From contig JBEKGP010000004.1 in assembly GCA_050012735.1 (NCBI GenBank), forward strand, positions 8,918 through 72,917: a stretch of DNA of 64,000 bases. The letters run 5' to 3'. Below the pieces are notes generated by a model. That model did no database searches. It was not told where the DNA came from and was given only the letters and a program-made list of their open reading frames with translations. The stretch is from Candidatus Dormibacteria bacterium. Its GTDB lineage: Bacteria; Chloroflexota; Dormibacteria; Aeolococcales; Aeolococcaceae. The position numbers and the translations under genes were made by a program. The stretch's first letter is position 1; each line of letters opens with the position of its first letter. This document shows, one piece after another, positions 1-8,735 of the stretch.

Positions 1-210
1 GTCGCCGACCTCGATGCGCACGGCTCGAACACCGGCGATCCCTTTGCACATGCCTCGTCGGACACCCACTACGCGCAGGTGCTCCGAGAGACGCTGGCCG
101 CGCTCGACAACCTCCAGGACGGCCTGATCACCCTGGCACACCGGGTCGAAGACTCGGGCAACGTGCTCGTGGCTGCGGAGGGTGACGTCGCGCGGTCGAT
201 GACGCCCTGA
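1..210 (+). CDS. hypothetical protein, C-terminal fragment (gene starts upstream of window)
   Basis: Frame +1 is open from base 1 to TGA 208-210. It is absent from the ORF track because it has no start in the window. Third positions are G/C-rich, and the next gene's SD and ATG follow 18 nt later. No family recognised. Confidence 0.4.
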   Translation, partial: VADLDAHGSNTGDPFAHASSDTHYAQVLRETLAALDNLQDGLITLAHRVEDSGNVLVAAEGDVARSMTP

Positions 211-228
211 GAGGGAGGGGATCCACTC

Positions 229-603
229 ATGGGGCTTCCTGGCTGCATGCCCGGCCGGCCGGGCGGCGACCCGCAACGGCTCTTGCAGATAGCCGACGTC
301 TGGGACACGCTCGAACTCGCCCTGCTGGCTGCCGAACGGCAGCTCAGCGGCGAGATCGGGCCCAATGCATGCCCCACGTCCGATCAGGTCGCCGATTATT
401 TGGATGGCCTCCACTCGGGTTATGACGGAGTGGGTCACGTAGTCGTTTGCGTTGTCAATGACGGCGCCGGCCATGTCACGGTCGCTATCACCGGCTACGC
501 CCTCTCCATGGTCCCGCCCGAATTCGGGCCCTTCAACTGGCGCGGTTGGGGCCTCCCGATCTCCGAGACGGCGTCCGTCAACGTGGGGACGTACTCGCCG
601 TGA
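229..603 (+). CDS. hypothetical protein
   Basis: ATG 229 is preceded by GAGGGAGGGG about 8 nt upstream. About 80 percent of codons end in G/C by hand count. The stop overlaps the GTG of the next gene (GTGA). No family motif recognised. Confidence 0.55.
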   Translation: MGLPGCMPGRPGGDPQRLLQIADVWDTLELALLAAERQLSGEIGPNACPTSDQVADYLDGLHSGYDGVGHVVVCVVNDGAGHVTVAITGYALSMVPPEFGPFNWRGWGLPISETASVNVGTYSP

Positions 604-1109
604 GAACCGGGCGCGGACGGCGCAGCGGCCAGCGCGCACAGGCTGCCATCGAGATGGCTCTGGTGCTCCCCATCATGATCGTGATCGTCTCTGGCTTTGT
701 GGGGATGATGCTCGAGCTGAGGGCCGAGAATGAGTTTCAGACCGCGGTGGATCTCGCCGCCCAGTCCGCGCTCGTGCCCCCACTGGGAGACCCGGCGGCG
801 AGCCGGGCCGATTCCGCCTACGCCTTCTCGCATACCCTGAACCCGTACGGCAGCGAGAGCGGCTACCTCTCCGTGACGACCCCGGTCAACTGTGCAGGCC
901 CATACCTGGAGGGCGAGATCGACCTCAACGCCCAGGGCGTCCCTGCACCCGTGACCTGCACGGCCCAGGCGGACCTGGACTTCTCCAAAACGCCGATCAG
1001 CATCTTCTGGTTCTGGTCGATCAAGCTCAGCACCACCGCTGAGGCGTACCCATCCCAATACCGCCAGTGCCAGACCACCTCGGGCTCTGCGAGCGCCTTC
1101 CAATGCTGA
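600..1109 (+). CDS. TadE-like pilus assembly (pseudopilin-like) protein
   Basis: The N-terminus RRSGQRAQAAIEMALVLPIMIVIVSGFVGMMLE matches the TadE-family GQAAVEFALVLPxLLLL hydrophobic leader motif. GTG 600 overlaps the upstream stop. The start choice is my inference within ORF 546..1109. Confidence 0.65.
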   Translation: MRTGRGRRSGQRAQAAIEMALVLPIMIVIVSGFVGMMLELRAENEFQTAVDLAAQSALVPPLGDPAASRADSAYAFSHTLNPYGSESGYLSVTTPVNCAGPYLEGEIDLNAQGVPAPVTCTAQADLDFSKTPISIFWFWSIKLSTTAEAYPSQYRQCQTTSGSASAFQC

Positions 1110-1546
1110 CGCGGCACACCAGGAGAGCTGGGGAACGAGGCCAGATCCTGGTGATGTTCGCCTTCTCCATGCTGTTCCTGATCATCGGAATGATCGCCGT
1201 GGCCGTCGACCTCTCGCAGCTGTACGAGGCCAGAGTCCGCCTCCAAAACGCCGCGGAGCAGGCCGCAACGGCAGGTGCGAGCCAGGTCAACTACGTTGCC
1301 GCTGAGAGCGGGCAGGCGTCCCTCCTCCCCTCCTTCGCGTCTGCCTGCAGCAGCGCGGGTGACGCCTTCAGTGGACTGGCGGAGTCGACGACGTGCACCC
1401 ATCCCGAAGGCACCGACGAGGTGCTCGCCACGGTCACCACCCAAGCCCCGGTGGCGATGCCGCTTCCGATCCTGGGGGGGACTTTCACGATCACCACGAC
1501 CTTCACCGCCGCCCCCGTCGTGGGCGGGCTCACCCCCGTGGGATAG
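1103..1546 (+). CDS. TadG/Tad_N-like Flp pilus assembly protein
   Basis: GERGQILVMFAFSMLFLIIGMIAVAVDLSQLYEARVRLQNAAEQAATAGA matches the TadG-like N-terminal motif (ERG..v.fAl.l..l.g...lavD.g..y..r..LQnAaDaAAlAGA). ATG 1103 overlaps the previous stop by 7 nt. Confidence 0.65.
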   Translation: MLTRHTRRAGERGQILVMFAFSMLFLIIGMIAVAVDLSQLYEARVRLQNAAEQAATAGASQVNYVAAESGQASLLPSFASACSSAGDAFSGLAESTTCTHPEGTDEVLATVTTQAPVAMPLPILGGTFTITTTFTAAPVVGGLTPVG

Positions 1547-1607
1547 ACAGAGGGGGTCGGAGGCCGGGGCGCACCCACAGCTGGTTCGAGATCACGCGGC
1601 ACTGAGC

Positions 1608-2363
1608 TCAGCGTGCGGCTGGCGGCTGATCTGCGAGGAGCTCGCCCTGCACCTGGGGGAGCGCATCGACGACGTCGGGAGCCGAGCTCGTGCCGATCCG
1701 GTCCGCCCCCATCCTGATGAATGCGTACGTATTGGCCACCCGCGGTGCCGCCACCCCGGACACCTTGAGGCCGGTCCTGCTCCTGGCCTGGTGAAGCGTG
1801 TCAAGGATCAGCTGGACCTGGTCACGGGTGGGAAAGCCGGAGGGGCCGGTACCCGTTGCCGTCTTGACGAAGTCCGCCTCCGCCTCCATCACCATCTTGG
1901 TGGCCGTGACCACCTCCTCGTCGGTCAAGTAGCCCACCTCAATGATCACCTTGCCATTGATCCCGGCGGCGTGGCATTGCTTGATGTGCTCCGTGCATTC
2001 GTGCTGGTAGAGCGCGTACCGGCGATCCTTCAGCCAGCCGATGTTGGCCACCATGTCGAGGGCGGTGGCGCCCTCGGCGATGAGCTGTTCGGCTTCCGCC
2101 AGCTTCACTTTGGTCGACGTGGAGCCGTAAGGGAAGGAGATCGGGGCACCGAGCTCGATCGCATGCTCGCGAGCGAAGTCGCCGAGCTCCCCTACCACGA
2201 GCGGAAGCCGGCTGGGCAGCACGTGATAGGCGACGAATCTGTACTTCCTGACGATCTCGCAGCCCTTCAGGTACTCGGACTCGGGCCAGGTGTGCTTGAG
2301 GATCGCGAAGTCCATCATGCGAGCGACGTCGGCCTTGCTCATCCCACGGACATCGACGGGCAT
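1608..2363 (-). CDS. DeoC/LacD-family class I aldolase (deoxyribose-phosphate aldolase-like)
   Basis: Aligns by eye along its whole length with DeoC. Matching segments include ISFPYGSTSTKVKLAEAEQLIAEGATALDMV, GKVIIEVGYLTDEE, the Schiff-base lysine context DFVKTATG, and RIGTSS at the C-terminus. Start taken at MPVDV (ATG 2363) with GGTGGGAG SD. The upstream part of ORF 1608..2831 is Arg/Pro-rich junk. Confidence 0.8.
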   Translation of the reverse strand: MPVDVRGMSKADVARMMDFAILKHTWPESEYLKGCEIVRKYRFVAYHVLPSRLPLVVGELGDFAREHAIELGAPISFPYGSTSTKVKLAEAEQLIAEGATALDMVANIGWLKDRRYALYQHECTEHIKQCHAAGINGKVIIEVGYLTDEEVVTATKMVMEAEADFVKTATGTGPSGFPTRDQVQLILDTLHQARSRTGLKVSGVAAPRVANTYAFIRMGADRIGTSSAPDVVDALPQVQGELLADQPPAAR

Positions 2364-2727
2364 CGTGCATCTCCCACCTGACCGGGCATCGCCGCTGACA
2401 CTATCCGTGCACACGGTGTGCTCAAAGAGCGAGAGGTCCTCTCGGGGTGGGGTCGAACGGCCCGCCGCGCAACCGTCTTCCAGCTGCCCACTCACTGTTC
2501 GCGGGCACGCACGCGCGGACGCGCGCCAGTCGGGCCGGCGCGATCCAGAGTGGATGACCGGTGCGGGCCGTCGCACCCTATGGCGAGCGCCACACCATGT
2601 CGGCACATCCCGCGCCGCGGGACGGGGCGGCTCGCTCGGGGTCACTGGTACCATCGGCCCCCTCGATCGAGGGCATCGTCGCCGCTCAAGGCGTGCGCCG
2701 CATGAAAGGAGCCGCACGGAACCGGTC

Positions 2728-3774
2728 ATGACCGACGTCGTACGCTGGGGAGTGCTGTCGACCGCGACCATCAGCAACGAGGGGCTTATCCCGGGCCTGC
2801 TGGCTGCCGATGGCTCGGTGCTCGCCGCCATCGCCTCCAGGACACCGCAGCGCGCCGAGGATGCCGCCGCCCGCTGGGGCTGCAGGGCTCACAGCTCGTA
2901 CGACCAGCTCCTCGACGATCCGGACATCGACGCCGTCTACATCCCGCTCCCAAATCACCTGCACGCGACCTGGACGGTGAGGGCATTGGAGGCGGGCAAG
3001 CACGTGCTCTGCGAGAAACCGCTCGCGCTATCCGTGCAGGAAGTCGACGCCATCGCCGCGGCCTCACGTCGAACCGGACGGCTGGTCCTGGAGGCCTTTA
3101 TGTACCGCCACGCTCGGCGGTGGCGCCGCGCCCTCGAGTTGGTGTCAGCCGGCGCGGTGGGCGAGCCGCGAGTGGTGCGGATCGGCTTCTCCTTCGCCAC
3201 GCCCACCAGCCTGGGGAGCCCGCTCTTCACCCCCGAGGAGGGGGGGGGGATCATCTGGGACATGGGGTGCTACGCGACCAGCATGGCTCGCGGCATCTTC
3301 GACGAGGAGCCTGTCGAGGTATTCGGCTTCGCCGACCGTCGAACGGGTCAGATGACGGAGACGTCGGTCACCGGCGTGCTGCGCTTCTCGGGCGCAAGCA
3401 CCGCTCCCTTCTGGATCAGCTTCGACCTTCCCAACCCGTTTGCCCAGGTCGAAGTGGTGGGCACGGACGGGTGGCTGCTGGTGCCGGGCACCGGCATGCG
3501 GCGGGAGCCGTACACCAAGCTGCTCCTCCACCGTGGGGGCGGGGAGATCTTCCTCGAGGGGAGTGAGCCCGCCCTGGAGCTGTTTCCCTTCGAGGACCCC
3601 TACCGGCTCGAGGTCGAACGGCTCGCGGACGCCATCCGGGGGCGAGCTCCGCTCCCGTGGGATCTCGGCGAGTCACGAGCGAACACAGCAGCTCTCGAGG
3701 CCATGCACGCCTCCGTGGCAGGGAACCTTCCTTGCCCCGTGCCAGCGTCCGCTCGGGTACCGCGCAGCTCCTGA
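2728..3774 (+). CDS. Gfo/Idh/MocA family oxidoreductase
   Basis: Rossmann N-terminus VRWGVLSTATIS, then DIDAVYIPLPNHLH and the EKP motif GKHVLCEKPLALS. ATG 2728 is preceded by AAAGGA. Confidence 0.85.
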   Translation: MTDVVRWGVLSTATISNEGLIPGLLAADGSVLAAIASRTPQRAEDAAARWGCRAHSSYDQLLDDPDIDAVYIPLPNHLHATWTVRALEAGKHVLCEKPLALSVQEVDAIAAASRRTGRLVLEAFMYRHARRWRRALELVSAGAVGEPRVVRIGFSFATPTSLGSPLFTPEEGGGIIWDMGCYATSMARGIFDEEPVEVFGFADRRTGQMTETSVTGVLRFSGASTAPFWISFDLPNPFAQVEVVGTDGWLLVPGTGMRREPYTKLLLHRGGGEIFLEGSEPALELFPFEDPYRLEVERLADAIRGRAPLPWDLGESRANTAALEAMHASVAGNLPCPVPASARVPRSS

Positions 3775-3852
3775 CCTCGAGGCCGGCCGGATCGCCGCCG
3801 CCCGTCGGGCGGGCGGCCGTACCCCGCCACATTTTGTTGTACAGACGTTCGC

Positions 3853-3880
3853 TTGTTTACTTGTTGAACGTGTGTAAGAT
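3853..3880 (+). promoter_or_regulatory. candidate sigma70-type promoter giving a leaderless or near-leaderless epimerase mRNA
   Basis: Sits in the only AT-rich patch of this region. TTGTTT (3853-3858), a 16-nt spacer, TAAGAT (3875-3880), with ATG 3889 starting 9 nt after the -10. No SD is present. Confidence 0.4.
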
Positions 3881-3888
3881 TGGCCGCC

Positions 3889-4626
3889 ATGTCGAGGAAC
3901 GGCGGCAGCTGGGACGCGTCCCCCACCGGGGGGAGCCCGAGACCCGCGTGCCCGCCCCTTTCCGCCTCGATCATGTGTGCCGACTTCCGGTGGCTCCCCG
4001 TGCAGCTGGGGGCCCTAAGCAGTGCCGGGGTTCGGGTCGCACACCTCGACTTCGGCGACGGCCGCTTCGTGCCGAACCTCCCCCTCGGGCTCGAGGTCTT
4101 CTCGCAGCTCCCGCCCCGGACGCTCTGGAAGCGCGAGTGCCATCTGATGATCGAGGAGCCGCTGGATCTGATCCCGCTCTTCGCCCCGCACAGCGACATG
4201 GTCACCTTTCACATCGAGGCGGCCAGCGACCCCCGCGCCTGCATCGCTGCGATCCGGCAGCACGGCGCATCGGTCGGGCTCGCCATGAAGCCGTCGACGC
4301 CGGTCGAGCGGGTCGGTCCCCTACTCCGCGACGTCGATGGGCTCCTGGTCATGAGCGTGGAGCCGGGTTTCGCCGGCGCTCCCTTCATTCCCGCAACCAT
4401 CGAGAAGATCCGGAAGCTCGGCAAGCTCCGCGACCGCGTTCACCCGGCACTCACCATCGAGGTCGACGGGGCCATCAACGCGGGCACCATTCCTCCGCTC
4501 GTGCGAGCCGGAGCCGACCGATTCGTCGGCGGGAGCTCAGGGCTCTTCTTGCAGACGGACCTGGAGCAGAGCGCGCGCGCCCTGATCTCGTGCATCGAGG
4601 ACGCTCTCCAGGAGCGGGCCGCGTGA
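3889..4626 (+). CDS. ribulose-phosphate 3-epimerase family protein (Rpe/AlsE-like)
   Basis: SIMCADF....HLDFGDGRFVPNL and MSVEPGFAGAPF match the Rpe signatures (SILsaDf, H.DvMDG.FVPN, M.V.PGFgGQ.F). The start could be TTG 3880 or ATG 3889. Confidence 0.8.
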   Translation: MSRNGGSWDASPTGGSPRPACPPLSASIMCADFRWLPVQLGALSSAGVRVAHLDFGDGRFVPNLPLGLEVFSQLPPRTLWKRECHLMIEEPLDLIPLFAPHSDMVTFHIEAASDPRACIAAIRQHGASVGLAMKPSTPVERVGPLLRDVDGLLVMSVEPGFAGAPFIPATIEKIRKLGKLRDRVHPALTIEVDGAINAGTIPPLVRAGADRFVGGSSGLFLQTDLEQSARALISCIEDALQERAA

Positions 4627-4631
4627 ATAGC

Positions 4632-5651
4632 ATGGAGAACCCGCGTCGCTCAGCGGCCATCGGTGTCGATGTGGGAGCCAGCCGGCTCAAGCTCGTCCTG
4701 GTGGACCGGACGGGCGCGGTCCTCAGCTCATCCGTCCACCCGACGCCAGGAGGGGACACCGGGCTCGAGATCGGAGAGCGGATCGCGCGCCAGATCGGAG
4801 CCTTTCGAGAGAGCTCACGCGCAGCCGGACCGGCGCCGTCGGGCATCGGGATCGTGGTCCCCTATTTTGTCGAGGGCCCCGACTGGGTGCAGCGGTGGAC
4901 CACGAACATGCCCAAGCTGGAGGGCGTCGCGCTCCGACCCGTCTTTGCCAAACACCTGGGCGGCGAAATTCGCACTGGCAACGACGTCAGCGCCGCGGTG
5001 ATCGCGGAGCACCTCTTCGGTCGCGGTCAGGGGGTGAGCCGCCTTCTTCTCATGGCCATCGGCACCGGCATCTCCATCGGCGTCATGATCGACGGCGAGC
5101 TGGTCCAGTATTCGTGGGGCACGGCCGGCGACACCGGGCACATCATCGTCGACCCCGACGGCCTTCAGCCGTGCACCTGCGGCGGGCGCGGCTGCCTAGA
5201 GACGGTTGCGTCGGGGTGGGGTTTGCGGGCCGAGGCGATCCGCGCCGCCGGTCGAGCCCCCGCAAGCAGCCTCGCCGCCAAACTCCAGGCCGGGGAGGAG
5301 ATCTCCACCACCGATGTGGCCGAGGCAGCACGCCACGGCGATGCCGTGGCCATGACCACATTCAAGCGCGCCGCCCACTTCCTGGCCGTCGCGCTGGCGA
5401 GCTACCTTCAGATCTTCTCCCCGGAACTCATCGTCCTCTCCGGAGGTGTGACGGACTCCGCCGATCTGCTACTCGGCAGCGTCCGGGAGTCGCTGTCGAA
5501 AGTGGCCAGCCCCGCGCGCCTGAAGATGCTTGAGGGTGTGGAGGTCTCCGCGTTTCCACAAATGGGAGCCGCGATCGGAAGCGCAAGCCTGATCCTGTTT
5601 CCCGACCGCTACTTGCGCAGCCCGATCCCCTTGGAGGCACAGCCCACCTGA
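4632..5651 (+). CDS. ROK family sugar kinase
   Basis: IGVDVGASRLKLVLVD ATP-binding start, and the ROK zinc motif GHIIVDPDGLQPCTCGGRGCLE. There is no N-terminal HTH, so this is a kinase rather than a repressor. GTG 4623 is an alternative start. Confidence 0.85.
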   Translation: MENPRRSAAIGVDVGASRLKLVLVDRTGAVLSSSVHPTPGGDTGLEIGERIARQIGAFRESSRAAGPAPSGIGIVVPYFVEGPDWVQRWTTNMPKLEGVALRPVFAKHLGGEIRTGNDVSAAVIAEHLFGRGQGVSRLLLMAIGTGISIGVMIDGELVQYSWGTAGDTGHIIVDPDGLQPCTCGGRGCLETVASGWGLRAEAIRAAGRAPASSLAAKLQAGEEISTTDVAEAARHGDAVAMTTFKRAAHFLAVALASYLQIFSPELIVLSGGVTDSADLLLGSVRESLSKVASPARLKMLEGVEVSAFPQMGAAIGSASLILFPDRYLRSPIPLEAQPT

Positions 5652-6778
5652 TGACCAACCATCTCATGCTCGATTACATTCGCGAACAGCCGGAAGCCGT
5701 GGCCAACACCCTGAGAGTGGCGCAGCCACGTGTGGACGAGCTGCGTGACCTGGTGGCGCGACGTCCCCTCAAGGATGTGATTGTCACCGGCCTCGGCAGC
5801 TCGCATACCGCCGCCCAGATGGCCTCGCCGCTGTTGCGCCGCTTTCTCCCCGCCCCGACCACGATCGCCGTCGCCACCGAGCTCGATCTCGACCTCGGGC
5901 TTCCACTCGGGCCGGACACCCTCGTCGTGCTGGCATCCCGCTCCGGAGAGCGCGGTGGCATCGTCGACGCGCTCGCCGCTGCGCGGCGTGCCGGAGCCAT
6001 GTGCGTCGCGGTGACCGCGGTCGAGGACAGCCTGCTCGGTACCGGCTGCGACCTCGTCATCACGACCGGCGAGGGGCCGGAGAGTGCCTATGCCAAGACC
6101 AAGAGCGTCGGTGCCTGCACGGCCGTCCTGATGCAGATCGCCCTCACGCTCGCCAGCGACGAGCCCGAGCTGCAGGTCGTGAAAAGCGCTCTGGCTGAGA
6201 TGCCAGCGTTGCTCGAGCTTGGCGTCAAGAGCGCGGAGACCGAGCTGACGGCGCTTGCCCCCTGGTTGGCCGAGCACCACTCGGCGCTGGTCACCGGTAC
6301 CGCGGGCAATCAGGGAGTTGCCATGGAGGCAGCCCTCAAGATGCAGGAGGCCGCTCGCGTGGTCACCGAGTGGGATGAGACGGGGAGCGCTCTCCACGGC
6401 GCGGTGAGCATCCTGCGCAAGGGCTGGCTGTACGTCAATCTCATGACCGCAGCCGACCAGGTTCTCAGCCGATCGCTGCTCACACTCACGCGTGAGTTCG
6501 AGGCCGACCGTCTTTGCATCGCGGAGCCCGACTTGGCCGTGGGCGATTGCGCCGAGGCGGTGGTCCGCGTTCCGCAAGCGCCGCACCCGCTGGTGGCGCC
6601 CCTGCTCTACCTGGCACCCGTACACCTGATCACCTATTACCTCGCGGTGAGCCAGGGCCTCAATCCCGATCAGCCCCTCTTCGCGGACATCATGCTGCGC
6701 GCGATGCTGCCACCAGGACGCGAAGAGCCGGATTGGCACAGTGTCGAGGTCCCCGCCAAGGCCGGCGCCGAGGCGTGA
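5651..6778 (+). CDS. double-SIS domain sugar-phosphate isomerase/deglycase-like protein (FrlB/AgaS/GlmS-isomerase type)
   Basis: Two SIS repeats (VIVTGLGSSHTAA...LASRSGE and TGTAGNQGVAMEAALK) plus the C-terminal LAPVHLITYYLAVSQGLNPDQP tail typical of this family. ATG 5651 overlaps the ROK stop (TGATG). Confidence 0.85.
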   Translation: MTNHLMLDYIREQPEAVANTLRVAQPRVDELRDLVARRPLKDVIVTGLGSSHTAAQMASPLLRRFLPAPTTIAVATELDLDLGLPLGPDTLVVLASRSGERGGIVDALAAARRAGAMCVAVTAVEDSLLGTGCDLVITTGEGPESAYAKTKSVGACTAVLMQIALTLASDEPELQVVKSALAEMPALLELGVKSAETELTALAPWLAEHHSALVTGTAGNQGVAMEAALKMQEAARVVTEWDETGSALHGAVSILRKGWLYVNLMTAADQVLSRSLLTLTREFEADRLCIAEPDLAVGDCAEAVVRVPQAPHPLVAPLLYLAPVHLITYYLAVSQGLNPDQPLFADIMLRAMLPPGREEPDWHSVEVPAKAGAEA

Positions 6779-6915
6779 CCATGACCCGCCACGTTCTCCT
6801 CGCCCCGCCCGCGTCGAGTCCCGGGGCAGGCGAACGGGCACCACAGGTTGACGGCGCGCCGGTGCATCACCGTGCCCCGGCTGGGAACATCAAATAACAT
6901 GGGAGTCGTACGGAG

Positions 6916-8676
6916 ATGAGGACACCTACTTGGGGCCGGGCACCGACCCCCTTTGCGGCGGCTCGGCCCCGGAGCCATCGCAAGCTCGTCATGCTGCTCG
7001 CGGGCACCGCGACCCTACTCGCCGCGTGCGGCGGGACCACCAGCGCTGGAAGCTCCACGGCCAGCAGCAGCAAGGTGGGCGGGAAACTCGTCATCGACAG
7101 CTACATGGGCACGACGTGGCCGTGCACCTTCAACCCCTTCAACCCGGCCTTGAACTTCCTTTCGGTCGGGTTCACCTACGAGCCGCTGGAGTACATCAAT
7201 GACCTCCAGACGACCTCGTCGGGCTCCAGTCAGGTGGAGCCGTGGCTGGCCACCAGCTCGGCCTGGAGCAACAACTATGAGACCCTGACCTTCACGATCC
7301 GGAACGGGGTCAAGTGGACGGACGGCCAGTCTTTCTCCGCGGCCGACGTGGCCTACACGTTCAACGCGATGGCGACCTCTCCCGCGCTTGACCTCAACGC
7401 GCTCTGGAAGGCCGACGGCGGGCCGCTCACCGCGGTCACGACGCAGGGGGCCGACCAGGTGGTGTTCACCTTCGCCACCGCCGCCCAGACCTACTTCTAC
7501 TATGTCGCGGACCAGGTTCCCATCGTTCCGGCGCACATCTGGTCAACTCTCGATCAGACCAAGCTCGCGACGTACGCCGACAGCAATCCCGTTGGCACGG
7601 GCCCCTACAAGGTCGGCAGTTGCTCCGAGGCCAACGTCAAGTACGTGCGCAACCCCGATTACTGGCAGAGCACGGCGGCGAACCCGGTCCCTCGCATCGC
7701 TGAGGTGGACTACCCGTCCTTCCTGGGCAACGACCAGGCCAACCTCTACCTCACCGAGGGCCAGGCGCAGTGGGGCGCGCAGCCCGTCCCCAACATGAAG
7801 ACCGCCTACCTCGACAAGGGCCCGGATCGCTACATGTGGTTCCCCCCTGTCCTCAATGTGGGCATCTTCCCGAACCTCAACAACCCGCTGCTGAGCAACG
7901 TGGCCGTGCGGCAGGCAATCAGCCTGGCACTCGACCGTTCGGACATCGCCACCCGCGGTGAGAGTGGGTACGAGCCCGCCGCGAGCCAGACCGGGATCAT
8001 CACCCCGACCTACTCTTCGTGGTACGACAAGTCGATCGACGACACCGCCTATGACCCTGCCAAGGCCGAGCAGGTCCTGGAGGCCGCAGGCTTCACCAAG
8101 GGTTCCAACGGCATCTTTCAGAACGCCCAGGGCCAGGCGCTCAGCTTCACCCTTCAGACCGTCAGCGGCTTCAGCGACTGGGACGCCTCGCTGGTGATCG
8201 TCACCCAGGAGCTCAAGGCGGCGGGTATCCAGGTCACAGTTGACGATGAGAACTCCGGTCCATACACCACCAACCTCGAGACCGGCAACTTCCAGCTCGC
8301 CTACGCCGGGAGCGGTGGTCCCTACACCCAGGGAGGTCCCACCCCCTACTACGAGCTGAGGGGAGACCTGGACAGCAGCAACATCGGCGGCACCAACTAC
8401 TCCCGCTACGACTCGGCCGCCACCGACGCTCTCTTCAACGAGTACGCCGCCACCACCGACGTGAGCCAGCAGCAGAAGATCATCGACCAGATCGAGCAGG
8501 TCATGGTGACCGACTATCCCTTCATCCCCGTGACCGAAGGGGTCGACTGGTACACGTACGACGCTTCCAAGATCGGAGGCTGGCCGACCGCGTCGGATCC
8601 TTACGCCCAGCCAGCGGTCTACGCCCCCATGGAAGACAACGGGGTCATCCTCGATCACCTGTACCCGGTCAACTGA
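6916..8676 (+). CDS. ABC transporter substrate-binding lipoprotein, family 5 (peptide/opine/oligosaccharide type)
   Basis: Lipobox LLAACGG after a basic n-region. Length of about 585 aa and family-5 SBP features (FTIRNGVKWTDGQSFSAADVAYTF). GGAG lies before the ATG. Confidence 0.9.
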   Translation: MRTPTWGRAPTPFAAARPRSHRKLVMLLAGTATLLAACGGTTSAGSSTASSSKVGGKLVIDSYMGTTWPCTFNPFNPALNFLSVGFTYEPLEYINDLQTTSSGSSQVEPWLATSSAWSNNYETLTFTIRNGVKWTDGQSFSAADVAYTFNAMATSPALDLNALWKADGGPLTAVTTQGADQVVFTFATAAQTYFYYVADQVPIVPAHIWSTLDQTKLATYADSNPVGTGPYKVGSCSEANVKYVRNPDYWQSTAANPVPRIAEVDYPSFLGNDQANLYLTEGQAQWGAQPVPNMKTAYLDKGPDRYMWFPPVLNVGIFPNLNNPLLSNVAVRQAISLALDRSDIATRGESGYEPAASQTGIITPTYSSWYDKSIDDTAYDPAKAEQVLEAAGFTKGSNGIFQNAQGQALSFTLQTVSGFSDWDASLVIVTQELKAAGIQVTVDDENSGPYTTNLETGNFQLAYAGSGGPYTQGGPTPYYELRGDLDSSNIGGTNYSRYDSAATDALFNEYAATTDVSQQQKIIDQIEQVMVTDYPFIPVTEGVDWYTYDASKIGGWPTASDPYAQPAVYAPMEDNGVILDHLYPVN

Positions 8677-8735
8677 CCGAGCCAGGCAAGGATTAGGAGT
8701 ACATAGGCCATGAACGGGACCCAGGCGGCACGGGG

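Noticed and set aside
3657-4631. Long in-frame N-terminal extensions of real genes in the ORF track, for example the ROK kinase from 3657, DeoC to 2831, the oxidoreductase from 2290, thiE from 44096 and the ABC ATPase from 50630.
   Set aside because: The extensions overlap neighbouring well-supported genes in other frames, are Arg/Pro-rich, and the family-homologous region begins at an internal start with an SD or a stop/start overlap.
6781-6897. A 38-codon ORF (MTRHVLLAPPASSPGAG...) filling the gap between the SIS gene and the binding-protein gene.
   Set aside because: Only about 71 percent of its codons end in G/C by hand count, well below real genes here. It has no SD, and its composition looks non-coding.
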